A program made the position numbers and the translations under genes. From Dyella lutea (GTDB lineage Bacteria; Pseudomonadota; Gammaproteobacteria; Xanthomonadales; Rhodanobacteraceae), in NCBI RefSeq assembly GCF_024158035.1, contig NZ_JAMZEK010000001.1, positions 781,416-813,415 on the forward strand: 32,000 nt of DNA, read 5' to 3'. Shown here piece after piece: positions 22,960 to 29,934 of this stretch. The notes under the pieces were generated by a model. That model had not been told where the DNA came from and made no database searches. It worked only from the letters and a program-made list of their open reading frames with translations. Within the stretch, counting starts at the first letter, position 1, and every line of letters starts with the position of its first letter.

Positions 22960-25923
22960 ATGGCCATGGAGCGACGAGATCCGATGAAGCCACTACCGCA
23001 CGACGAGATGCCGAGCACGCCCGTCGCCAGCCCGCTGACGTGGCTGGAGCGGTTGCTGGAAGCGCCGAGCCCGTCGGCCGTGGCCGGCGTGGTGACGGAC
23101 ATGGCGCTGAGCTCGCCGGAGGTCGAGGCGGCCTGGGTGCTGTGGTGGATGCCCGGGCAGGTGCAGCCGGAGTGCTGTCCACCGATGCGCCTGGACGCCG
23201 ATGCGACCGATGTTGTCCTTGCCGTGACCGGACAGGAGCGGCTGCACGGCAGCGCCGATGGCTCGCTGCTGGCCTGGCGGCTGTGCCGTCCGGCGCGCGC
23301 GGTGTTGCTGCTGCGCTGGCGCGAGGCCCGACGGGACCCCGTGCAGGCCATGGCGAGCCTGCCCGCGGCGCTGCTCCAGCTGGCCGGCCGCCAGCTCCAG
23401 CGCACGCTGGAACTGACCGACCTGCAGCGTTCGCACGACCAGCTGGAGCGCTCGGAGCTGCTGCAGCGGGCCCTGCTGAGCATCTCCGAGCTGTCCGCCT
23501 CGGAGCTGGAGATGCCGGACATGCTGCGGGCCGTCCACGACATCGTCGGTGGCCTGATGTATGCGGAGAATTTCTTCATCGTCCGCCATGATCCGGTCCG
23601 CGGCACGCTGCGCTTCCTGTACTACGCCGACACCCTGGACGAGGAGGGGCAGCCGGGCGAGGAGACCCCACTGGCTCGGCTGGAGGGCACCTGGACCTGG
23701 CATCTGCTCACCGGCGGGCGGCCGTTGCGCGGGACGCCGGAGGAGATCGAGCGCGAGCTCGGCGCCACGCTGCGGCTGGTCGGGCCGCAATGCGTCTACT
23801 GGCTGGGTGTGCCGATGCTGTGCGAGGGAGCGGTGTGTGGCGCGCTGGTCGTGCAGACCTACGAACCGGGCAGCCGCTATACGCCGGAGGACCAGGCACT
23901 GCTGCAGTTCGTCGGTAACCACATGCTCACCGCGCTGCAGCGCCGGGAAGGGCGCGAGGACCTCGAGCGGCGCGTGCGTGAGCGTACCGCCGAGCTGGAC
24001 ACGCTGAACCGGGGCCTCAAGCAGGAGGTGGCCGAGCGCCAACGTGCCGAGCGCCTGCAGGGTACCCTGTTCCGCATCGCCCGCCTGGCCACCGACGAGA
24101 TCGACCGCCAGGCCTTCTATCGCGAGGTGCACGCCACGGTCGGCGGGCTGATCGAGGCCAGCAACTTCTTCATCGCGCTGGTCGATGAGCCGAGCGGCAT
24201 GCTCGAGTTTCCCTACGCAGTGGACATCACCGGCGAATGCTATGCGCCGCGACCGCTCGGACGCGGCCTGTGCGAATACGTGCTGGGCCATGGCGCGCTC
24301 CTGCTCGATGCCGATGCGATGGATGACATGCGCAGGCGGGGGATGATCGACGTCCACAACACCGGTACGCCCTCGCAGTGCTGGCTCGGTGTGCCGTTGC
24401 GCGACGGCGACCGCACGATCGGCGTGGTCGCCGTGCAGAGCTACACCGGTCCGGAGACCTATGGCCCCTCGGAACTCGAACTGCTCGGCTTCGTCGCCTC
24501 GCAGATCGCCATCAGCCTGCAGCGTCGCCGCGTCGCCGATGCCTTGCAGCACGCCTATGCGCAGCTCGAGGAGCGCGTGCACGAACGCACCCGCGAACTG
24601 CGCCGCGAGATCCGCGAGCGCGAGCGCATGCAGCAGCAGCTGCGCCACCAGGTGATGCACGATCCGCTCACCGGCCTGCCCAACCGCGATTTCCTGCGCG
24701 GCCGCATCGACCGCGCGCTGGAGCGAATGGCGCTGGATCCGCAGGTCCGCTGCGCGCTGCTCTACATCGACGTGGACCGCTTCAAGATCATCAACGACAG
24801 CCTCGGCCACCTGGCCGGCGACGCCGTGCTGAAGGAGGTCGCGCAGCGCCTGCAGGCCTGCGTGCGCGAACCGGACGTGGTCGCGCGGCTGGCCGGCGAC
24901 GAGTTCGCGATCCTGCTCGAGCATGTGGACACCCCCGAGTCCGCGGCCCGCGTGGCCCAGCGCGTACTCGACGCGGTCGGCCACGCGCTGCCGGTGTCCG
25001 GCCGCGAGCTGCAGCCCAGCGCCAGCCTGGGCATCGCCCTGGGCGACAGCCGCTACACCCACGCCGACGAGCTGCTGCGCGACGCGGACAAGGCGCTCTA
25101 TCGCGCCAAGGAGCTCGGTCGCAAGCGCTACGCGATGTTCGACGACACCCTGGCAAGAAACCTGGTGGACGAGTTGAGCATGGAGGGCGAGCTGCGCCAG
25201 GGCCTGCAGCGCGGCGAGTTCCAGCCCTACCTGCAGCCGATCTGCCGGCTGGAGACCGGCGAGCTGGTCGGTTACGAAGCGCTGCTGCGCTGGCACCATC
25301 CCGAGCGCGGCACGCTGCTGCCCGGCGCCTTCCTGCGGGTGGCCGAGGATTGCGGACAGATCGAGGCGATCGACTGGCAACTGTTCGAACGCGCCTGCGA
25401 GGCGCTCCTTCGACTGCCGGGAGACAGCGAATTCCTCACCCTCAACGTGTCGGCACAGCACCTGCGCCATGGCGACTTCGACCATCGCCTGCTGGGCATG
25501 ATCGCGCGCGTGGGCGTGTCGCCGTCGCGGGTGATCGTGGAGGTGACCGAGGGCTCGCTGCTGGACGATCCCGACCGCGTGCGCAACATCCTCGAGCGCC
25601 TGCGCCTGGCCGGCGTGGGGGCGGCGCTGGACGACTTCGGCACCGGGTATTCCTCGCTCAACTACCTTCACTCGCTGCCGTTGCGCATCCTCAAGATCGA
25701 CCGCAGCTTCGTGCAGGCGCTGGATGCCGGCGATGCCAACAGTTCCACCGTGGTCGAGGCGATCCTGGCGCTGGCGCGTGCGCTGGACATCCACGTGATC
25801 GCCGAGGGCATCGAGACGCAGCGTCAGCGCTCCCTGCTGCGCAACATGGCCTGCGAGCTGGGCCAGGGCTTCCTGCTCGGCCGGCCCGAGCCGGTCGAGC
25901 ACTGGGTGGTCGAGCCGGCCTGA
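22960..25923 (+). CDS. Multidomain c-di-GMP signalling protein: N-terminal region, two GAF-like domains, GGDEF (AGDEF variant) and EAL
   Basis: There are two GAF-like blocks (…YAENFFIVRHD…WLGVPML…GALVVQTY and …EASNFFIALVDE…WLGVPLRDGDRTIGVVAVQSY), each followed by a coiled-coil linker. The GGDEF domain reads DPLTGLPNR...RLAGDEFAILL with RxxD (REPD) upstream. The EAL domain reads EALLRW, NVS, EVTE, DDFGTGYSS, KID, EGIE and GQG. Confidence 0.9.
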   Translation: MAMERRDPMKPLPHDEMPSTPVASPLTWLERLLEAPSPSAVAGVVTDMALSSPEVEAAWVLWWMPGQVQPECCPPMRLDADATDVVLAVTGQERLHGSADGSLLAWRLCRPARAVLLLRWREARRDPVQAMASLPAALLQLAGRQLQRTLELTDLQRSHDQLERSELLQRALLSISELSASELEMPDMLRAVHDIVGGLMYAENFFIVRHDPVRGTLRFLYYADTLDEEGQPGEETPLARLEGTWTWHLLTGGRPLRGTPEEIERELGATLRLVGPQCVYWLGVPMLCEGAVCGALVVQTYEPGSRYTPEDQALLQFVGNHMLTALQRREGREDLERRVRERTAELDTLNRGLKQEVAERQRAERLQGTLFRIARLATDEIDRQAFYREVHATVGGLIEASNFFIALVDEPSGMLEFPYAVDITGECYAPRPLGRGLCEYVLGHGALLLDADAMDDMRRRGMIDVHNTGTPSQCWLGVPLRDGDRTIGVVAVQSYTGPETYGPSELELLGFVASQIAISLQRRRVADALQHAYAQLEERVHERTRELRREIRERERMQQQLRHQVMHDPLTGLPNRDFLRGRIDRALERMALDPQVRCALLYIDVDRFKIINDSLGHLAGDAVLKEVAQRLQACVREPDVVARLAGDEFAILLEHVDTPESAARVAQRVLDAVGHALPVSGRELQPSASLGIALGDSRYTHADELLRDADKALYRAKELGRKRYAMFDDTLARNLVDELSMEGELRQGLQRGEFQPYLQPICRLETGELVGYEALLRWHHPERGTLLPGAFLRVAEDCGQIEAIDWQLFERACEALLRLPGDSEFLTLNVSAQHLRHGDFDHRLLGMIARVGVSPSRVIVEVTEGSLLDDPDRVRNILERLRLAGVGAALDDFGTGYSSLNYLHSLPLRILKIDRSFVQALDAGDANSSTVVEAILALARALDIHVIAEGIETQRQRSLLRNMACELGQGFLLGRPEPVEHWVVEPA

Positions 25924-25930
25924 GCCCGCT

Positions 25931-26581
25931 TCAGCCGCCGGCGATCTGCCGCAGTGCCTGCTCGAAGACTTCCGGCGGCTGGCCGCCGGAGATCAGGTGC
26001 TGCCGGTTGACGATCACCGCCGGTACCGAGTGGATGCCGGCGCGCAGGAAGAACTGCTCGTCACCGCGCACGTCCTGCGCGTGACGGTCACTGGCGAGCA
26101 CGGCTGCGGCCTCGGCGGCATCCAGACCTACCGACGCGGCCACGCTCGCCAGCACGGCGTGGTCGCTGACGTCCTGGCCGTGGGTGAAATAGGCGACCAG
26201 CAGGGCACGCTTCAGCGCGTGCTGCCGGCCGCTCTCTTCGGCCCAGTGCAGCAGGCGGTGCGCATCGAAGGTGTTGACGATGCGGCGCTGGTCCTGGTGG
26301 GCGAAGGTGAAGCCCACCGATGCACCGCGCTGGCGCAGCGCCTCCTGGTTCTGCGCCAGCTGCGCGGCGTTCAGGCCGTACTTGCGGCCCAGGTGCTCGG
26401 CAATGTCCTCGCCTTCCGGCGCCATCTGCGGGTTCAGCTCGAACGGCTGGAAGTGGATCTCGGCCTGCACTTCGCCTTGCAGTGCGCCCAGCGCCTGCTC
26501 CAGCGAAGCCAGGCCGACGGCGCACCAGGGACACACCACGTCGGAAACGAAGTCGATGCGAAGGGTTTTGGGTTCGGACAT
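25931..26581 (-). CDS. DsbA/FrnE-like thioredoxin-fold oxidoreductase
   Basis: The product begins LRIDFVSDVVCPWCAVG (CPWC active site at the start of a DsbA-family FrnE/HCCA-isomerase-like fold). The C-terminal part is GIHSVPAVIVN...ISGGQPPEVFEQAL. Confidence 0.85.
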   Translation of the reverse strand: MSEPKTLRIDFVSDVVCPWCAVGLASLEQALGALQGEVQAEIHFQPFELNPQMAPEGEDIAEHLGRKYGLNAAQLAQNQEALRQRGASVGFTFAHQDQRRIVNTFDAHRLLHWAEESGRQHALKRALLVAYFTHGQDVSDHAVLASVAASVGLDAAEAAAVLASDRHAQDVRGDEQFFLRAGIHSVPAVIVNRQHLISGGQPPEVFEQALRQIAGG

Positions 26582-26612
26582 GGGGACGTTCCGTGAGCGC
26601 CAGCGACGGGCT

Positions 26613-26645
26613 GGCCGACCCCCGCCAGATGGTGGCGGATCGGCC
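26613..26645 (-). other. Intercistronic bulged stem-loop between the flavoprotein gene and the dsbA-like gene
   Basis: GGCCGA-ccc-CCGCC-agatggt-GGCGG-a-TCGGCC gives 6 + 5 bp. It starts 5 nt after the stop at 26651 on the minus strand and has no U tract. Confidence 0.35.
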
Positions 26646-26650
26646 CAGGC

Positions 26651-28282
26651 TCAACCGCCGGTCAGGCTCAGCGCCACCGCCTCGGCCACGCGGATGCCGT
26701 CCACGCCCGCCGAGAGGATGCCGCCGGCGTAGCCCGCGCCCTCGCCGGCCGGGTACAGGCCGGTGGTGTTCAGGCTCTGCAGCGACTCGTCGCGCTTGAT
26801 GCGGATCGGCGAGGAGGTGCGCGTTTCCACCCCGGTGAACACCGCGTCGTGCATGCCGAAGCCGCGGATCTGCCGGTCGAACGCGGGCATCGCCTCGCGG
26901 ATCGCGGCGATCGCGTAGTCGGGCAGCGCGCTGTCCAGGCTGCCCAGGGTGACGCCCGGCTTGAACGAGGGCAGCACCTCGCCGAAGGCCGACGAGGCCC
27001 GCCCGGCGAGGAAGTCGCCGACCAGCTGGCCCGGCGCGTTGTAGTTCTCCCCGCCCAGCACGTAGGCATGGCTCTCCAGCGCGCGCTGCAGGGCGATGCC
27101 GGCCAGCGGGCTGCCGCTGGGATCGAACGCGGCGTAGTCGGCCGGATCGATGCCGACCACGATCGCCGCATTCGCGTTGCGCTCGTTGCGCGAGTACTGG
27201 CTCATGCCGTTGGTGACCACGCGACCCGGTTCGCTGGTTGCCGCCACCACGGTGCCGCCCGGGCACATGCAGAAGCTGTAGACGCTGCGGCCGTTCTTCG
27301 CGTGGTGCACCAGCTTGTAGTCGGCCGCGCCGAGCCGCTCGTGGCCGGCCTGCGGGCCGTAGCGGGCGCGGTCGATCACCGACTGTGGATGCTCCACGCG
27401 GAAGCCGACCGAGAACGGCTTGGCCTCCACGTACACGCCGCGCGCGTACAGCATGGCGAAGGTGTCGCGCGCGCTGTGGCCCACCGCCAGTACCACGTGC
27501 TCGCTGCGCAGTTCCTCGCCGCTGGCCAGGCGCACGCCGCGCATGCGCTGGCGCTCGTTGCCTTCGGCCTCAAGCAGCAGGTCCTCGACGCGCTGGCTGA
27601 AGCGGATCTCGCCGCCCAGCGACTCGATCGTGGCGCGCATGTGCTCGACCATCGATACCAGCCGGAAGGTGCCGATGTGCGGCCGGTTGATCCACAGGAT
27701 CTCCTCCGGCGCGCCCGCCTTCACGAATTCGGTCAGCACCTTGCGGCCGTAGTGCTTCGGGTCGGAGATCTGGCTGTACAGCTTGCCGTCGGAAAAGGTG
27801 CCGGCGCCGCCTTCGCCGAACTGCACGTTCGACTCCGGGTGCAGGTTGCGCTTGCGCCACAGGTCCCAGGTGTCCTTCGTACGCTCGCGCACCGCCTTGC
27901 CGCGGTCCAGGATGATCGGCCGGAAGCCCATCTGCGCCAGCACCAGCCCGGCGAACAGGCCGCACGGGCCCATGCCGATCACGATCGGTCGGTGCGGGCT
28001 TTTCGCCGGCGACTGCGTGACGAAGCGGTAGCTGGTATCCGGGGTGGGGCCGAGGTGGCGGTCGTCGGCGAAGCGCGCCAGCACGGCGGCCTCGTCGGCC
28101 AGCTCCAGGTCCAGCGCGTAGATCAGGGCGATCGCGCCGCGCTTGCGCGCGTCGGTGCTGCGTTTGGCCACGCTGTAGCCGCGCAGCGCACCCTTGCCGA
28201 GCTTGAGACGGGTGAGGATCGCCTGCTCGAGATCGGCCTCGGTGTGGTCCAGCGGCAGCTTGAGGTCGGTCAGTCGCAGCAT
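26651..28282 (-). CDS. FAD-dependent oxidoreductase (COG2509-type uncharacterised dehydrogenase)
   Basis: The dinucleotide-binding motif is PIVIGMGPCGLFAGLVLAQMGFRPIILDRG, followed by NVQFGEGGAGTFSDGKL and the C-terminal GLYPAGEGAGYAGGI. This architecture and these motifs are what I recall for COG2509 proteins. Confidence 0.8.
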   Translation of the reverse strand: MLRLTDLKLPLDHTEADLEQAILTRLKLGKGALRGYSVAKRSTDARKRGAIALIYALDLELADEAAVLARFADDRHLGPTPDTSYRFVTQSPAKSPHRPIVIGMGPCGLFAGLVLAQMGFRPIILDRGKAVRERTKDTWDLWRKRNLHPESNVQFGEGGAGTFSDGKLYSQISDPKHYGRKVLTEFVKAGAPEEILWINRPHIGTFRLVSMVEHMRATIESLGGEIRFSQRVEDLLLEAEGNERQRMRGVRLASGEELRSEHVVLAVGHSARDTFAMLYARGVYVEAKPFSVGFRVEHPQSVIDRARYGPQAGHERLGAADYKLVHHAKNGRSVYSFCMCPGGTVVAATSEPGRVVTNGMSQYSRNERNANAAIVVGIDPADYAAFDPSGSPLAGIALQRALESHAYVLGGENYNAPGQLVGDFLAGRASSAFGEVLPSFKPGVTLGSLDSALPDYAIAAIREAMPAFDRQIRGFGMHDAVFTGVETRTSSPIRIKRDESLQSLNTTGLYPAGEGAGYAGGILSAGVDGIRVAEAVALSLTGG

Positions 28283-28440
28283 GTCGGCGCGCTCGCTTGT
28301 TCGGCGGGATGGCGGCGGCCACGAGGGCCGCAGGCGCGCATTGTCCGGGCCGCGCGGGGCGCGGACAAGGATCGGCCCGCCGGAGGCGGGCCGTGGGTGA
28401 GCGGCGGGGAGGAAAAATCAGCGGCCGGCGGGGGGCTGGC

Positions 28441-28454
28441 GGGGGTAGGGGGAG
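28441..28454 (+). repeat. G-run motif copy 1: GGGGG-TA-GGGGGAG
   Basis: Read directly from the sequence. It lies 40 nt beyond the stop of the 74-codon ORF on the minus strand. Further G-runs lie at 28406-28409 and 28430-28435. Confidence 0.6.
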
Positions 28455-28493
28455 GCCTTGCTCCGCCGGTCGCTGAAAGGGAAAGCGGTGCGG

Positions 28494-28718
28494 TCAGGCC
28501 GCCAGCATGGTGAGGAACTGGTCGCCCGTGGCCTTGGGGTGAAGCAGCAGCATGCGGGGACCGGGGCCGCGAGTGTGCCGGCGCGCGGCGGCGCGGCACA
28601 GCTCTCCGTCGCCGGTCGCGATGGCGATGGCCTCGGCGGGCAGCGACGGCAGCGGGTGGCGGCAGGTCATGCCGTGTTGCGGGCCTCCGACGATGACGTA
28701 CTCGATGATGGTTTCCAT
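28494..28718 (-). CDS. Hypothetical small protein (74 aa)
   Basis: The ORF runs from ATG 28718 (METIIEYVIVGGPQHGMTCRHPLP...) to TGA at 28494-28496. GAGGA lies ~8 nt upstream. Third positions are G/C-rich like neighbouring genes. I recognise no family. Confidence 0.45.
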   Translation of the reverse strand: METIIEYVIVGGPQHGMTCRHPLPSLPAEAIAIATGDGELCRAAARRHTRGPGPRMLLLHPKATGDQFLTMLAA

Positions 28719-28773
28719 GGTCCTGTCCTCAACTGGCGAGGGAACATCCCTTGATCGCACCGGGAAGACCGTC

Positions 28774-28788
28774 GGGGGGATGGGGGAG
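28774..28788 (+). repeat. G-run motif copy 2: GGGGGG-AT-GGGGGAG
   Basis: Read directly from the sequence. It lies in the leader of the 74-codon ORF, 56-70 nt upstream of its ATG on the minus strand. Confidence 0.6.
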
Positions 28789-28814
28789 CCGCCGGCCTGT
28801 CCTGGCTGAAAGGA

Positions 28815-28830
28815 AGCAGGGGCCGCGCCA
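28815..28830 (-). promoter_or_regulatory. Sigma-54-like -24/-12 element upstream of the 74-codon ORF
   Basis: The minus strand reads TGGCGCG-GCCC-CTGCT against the consensus TGGCACG-N4-TTGCW. The GG and GC doublets are at the correct spacing and 10 of 12 specified positions match. The element ends 96 nt upstream of ATG 28718. This is a pattern match only in a GC-rich background. Confidence 0.3.
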
Positions 28831-29059
28831 GCGAGGCAGGCACAATTGCGGGGTCGATCACACTTCGGAAACGCGCTGCGACCCGTATCCCCGGATCGGT
28901 CATCGGTCCGGGGTCGGTACCGGCCGGAAATCGGCCCCTTCGGGCTGCCGGAGAGGGGGTCGCCGACCCGGAAGGGCTTTGCGCGCCCGGGAAAGGTGGC
29001 CCTGATGGGCGATCGGAACGTTCGAATGCGACCAAACAGGTCCGGACTGACGTCCCGCG

Positions 29060-29362
29060 TCACCCGTCCCGGCCGGTCGGGTCCGGAAGGGGCGGCTCGA
29101 GCGGCGGCAGCCGGTCGGCGACGCAGCGCCGGGCCAGTCCGATCCAATGGGTCAGACGCTCGCGATACACCGCCATGCTTTCCAGATCCGGCGGCTGGTT
29201 GAGCTCGGCGTCTTCCGAGTCGGCATCGGCCAGACGGCTCAGCCGATCCAGCACCATCAGGGGGGCCGGATGGGCGGTGAGCAGCGCAGCGATCACCACG
29301 CTGTCCGCCTGCTGGCGGGCGGAAATCAATCGGATCACCTGGGCGAGGTCGTCCGTGTTCAT
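29060..29362 (-). CDS. Hypothetical protein (100 aa)
   Basis: The ORF starts at ATG 29362 (MNTDDLAQVIRLISARQQADSVVIAALL...) with GGGAG 7 nt upstream. The N-terminal half is helical and acidic and the tail is Pro-rich. I recognise no family. The rest of track ORF 29060..30223 is off-frame to DUF1993/MFS. Confidence 0.45.
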   Translation of the reverse strand: MNTDDLAQVIRLISARQQADSVVIAALLTAHPAPLMVLDRLSRLADADSEDAELNQPPDLESMAVYRERLTHWIGLARRCVADRLPPLEPPLPDPTGRDG

Positions 29363-29391
29363 GGCGCACTCCCGGTTACTGCTGGAGGGCT

Positions 29392-29418
29392 GCCGTCCGG
29401 CACGAGGTGCCGGACGGC
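29392..29418 (-). other. Perfect 12-bp stem-loop between the DUF1993 gene and the 100-codon ORF
   Basis: GCCGTCCGGCAC-gag-GTGCCGGACGGC has exactly complementary arms. On the minus strand it begins 9 nt after the DUF1993 stop. It has no trailing U tract, so it is not a canonical intrinsic terminator. Confidence 0.6.
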
Positions 29419-29427
29419 CATTGGTCG

Positions 29428-29934
29428 TCAGTGGCGGCCGATGAAGTCCTGCTTGCCGATCTCGGTGCCGGCCTCGCGCAGGATGTTGTACGCGGTCGTG
29501 CAATGGAAGAACACGTTGGGCAGCACGAATTCGAGCAGATAGGCCTGGCCGTCGTAGTGCAGTTCGCCGCTGCGCATCTTCAGGTGGATCGCACGCGTCT
29601 CGCTGCCGTCGATCTGCTCCGCGCCGAAACCCCTGACGTAGGCGACGGCGCGGGCGATGCGGTCGTAGACCTGTTCGAACGTGGTCTCGTTGTCCTCGAA
29701 CGAGGCCGGTTCCACGCCGGCGAGGCGGGCGGTGCCGCGGCAGGCCATGTCGCAGGCGATCTGCACCTGCTTGACCAGCGGCAGCATGTCCGGGATCAGC
29801 CGCGTCTGCAGCAGCACGGCATCGTCCACGCCCTTGGCCTGGGCGTGGGCATGGCCCTTCTTGAGCACAGCGGTGAGGTTTTCCAGCGCGCGCACGAAAA
29901 CGGGAACCGAGGCCTGGTACATCGAAAGTGTCAT
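29428..29934 (-). CDS. DUF1993 domain protein (DinB/YfiT-like helical bundle)
   Basis: The product begins MTLSMYQASVPVFVRALENLTAVLKKG...LLQTRLIPDMLPLVKQVQIACD and ends ...FVLPNVFFHCTTAYNILREAGTEIGKQDFIG. This is the DUF1993 pattern as I recall it. Its ATG overlaps the MFS TGA as ATGA at 29931-29934. Confidence 0.8.
   Translation of the reverse strand: MTLSMYQASVPVFVRALENLTAVLKKGHAHAQAKGVDDAVLLQTRLIPDMLPLVKQVQIACDMACRGTARLAGVEPASFEDNETTFEQVYDRIARAVAYVRGFGAEQIDGSETRAIHLKMRSGELHYDGQAYLLEFVLPNVFFHCTTAYNILREAGTEIGKQDFIGRH

Noticed and set aside
22993-25902. 969-aa ORF antisense to the GAF-GGDEF-EAL gene
   Set aside because: The reasoning is the same: the forward frame carries complete GGDEF and EAL motif sets, and the antisense product is low-complexity.
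28805-28823. Plus-strand GCTGAAAGGAAGCAGGGGC resembling the conserved SRP (4.5S) RNA domain IV core GGAAGGAAGCAGCC
   Set aside because: I tried to extend it into the required long hairpin by hand. The flanking arms do not pair: only 3-4 bp blocks form, and there is no 5'/3' closing helix. The same bases are better explained as the reverse complement of the sigma-54-like element. cmscan with the bacterial small SRP model would settle it.
28791-28946. B12-box-like strings on the minus strand: AGCCAGGACAGGCCGGC (28791-28807) and AGCCCGAAG (28938-28946), plus CCCCGCAATTGTG
   Set aside because: Each deviates from the cobalamin-riboswitch consensus (AGYCMGGAGACCKGCC; CCCGCNACTGT). The obligatory GGGAA...GGTG...AA..CC core is absent, and the downstream gene is not B12-related. 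These are probably chance similarity in GC-rich sequence.
28667-29202. Track ORFs 28846..29202 (+, 118 aa) and 28667..29035 (-, 122 aa) inside the 341-nt gap
   Set aside because: Their products are Arg/Pro/Gly/Ser-rich. They have no SD and no gene-like third-position bias, and they overlap each other on opposite strands, so I treat them as non-coding.
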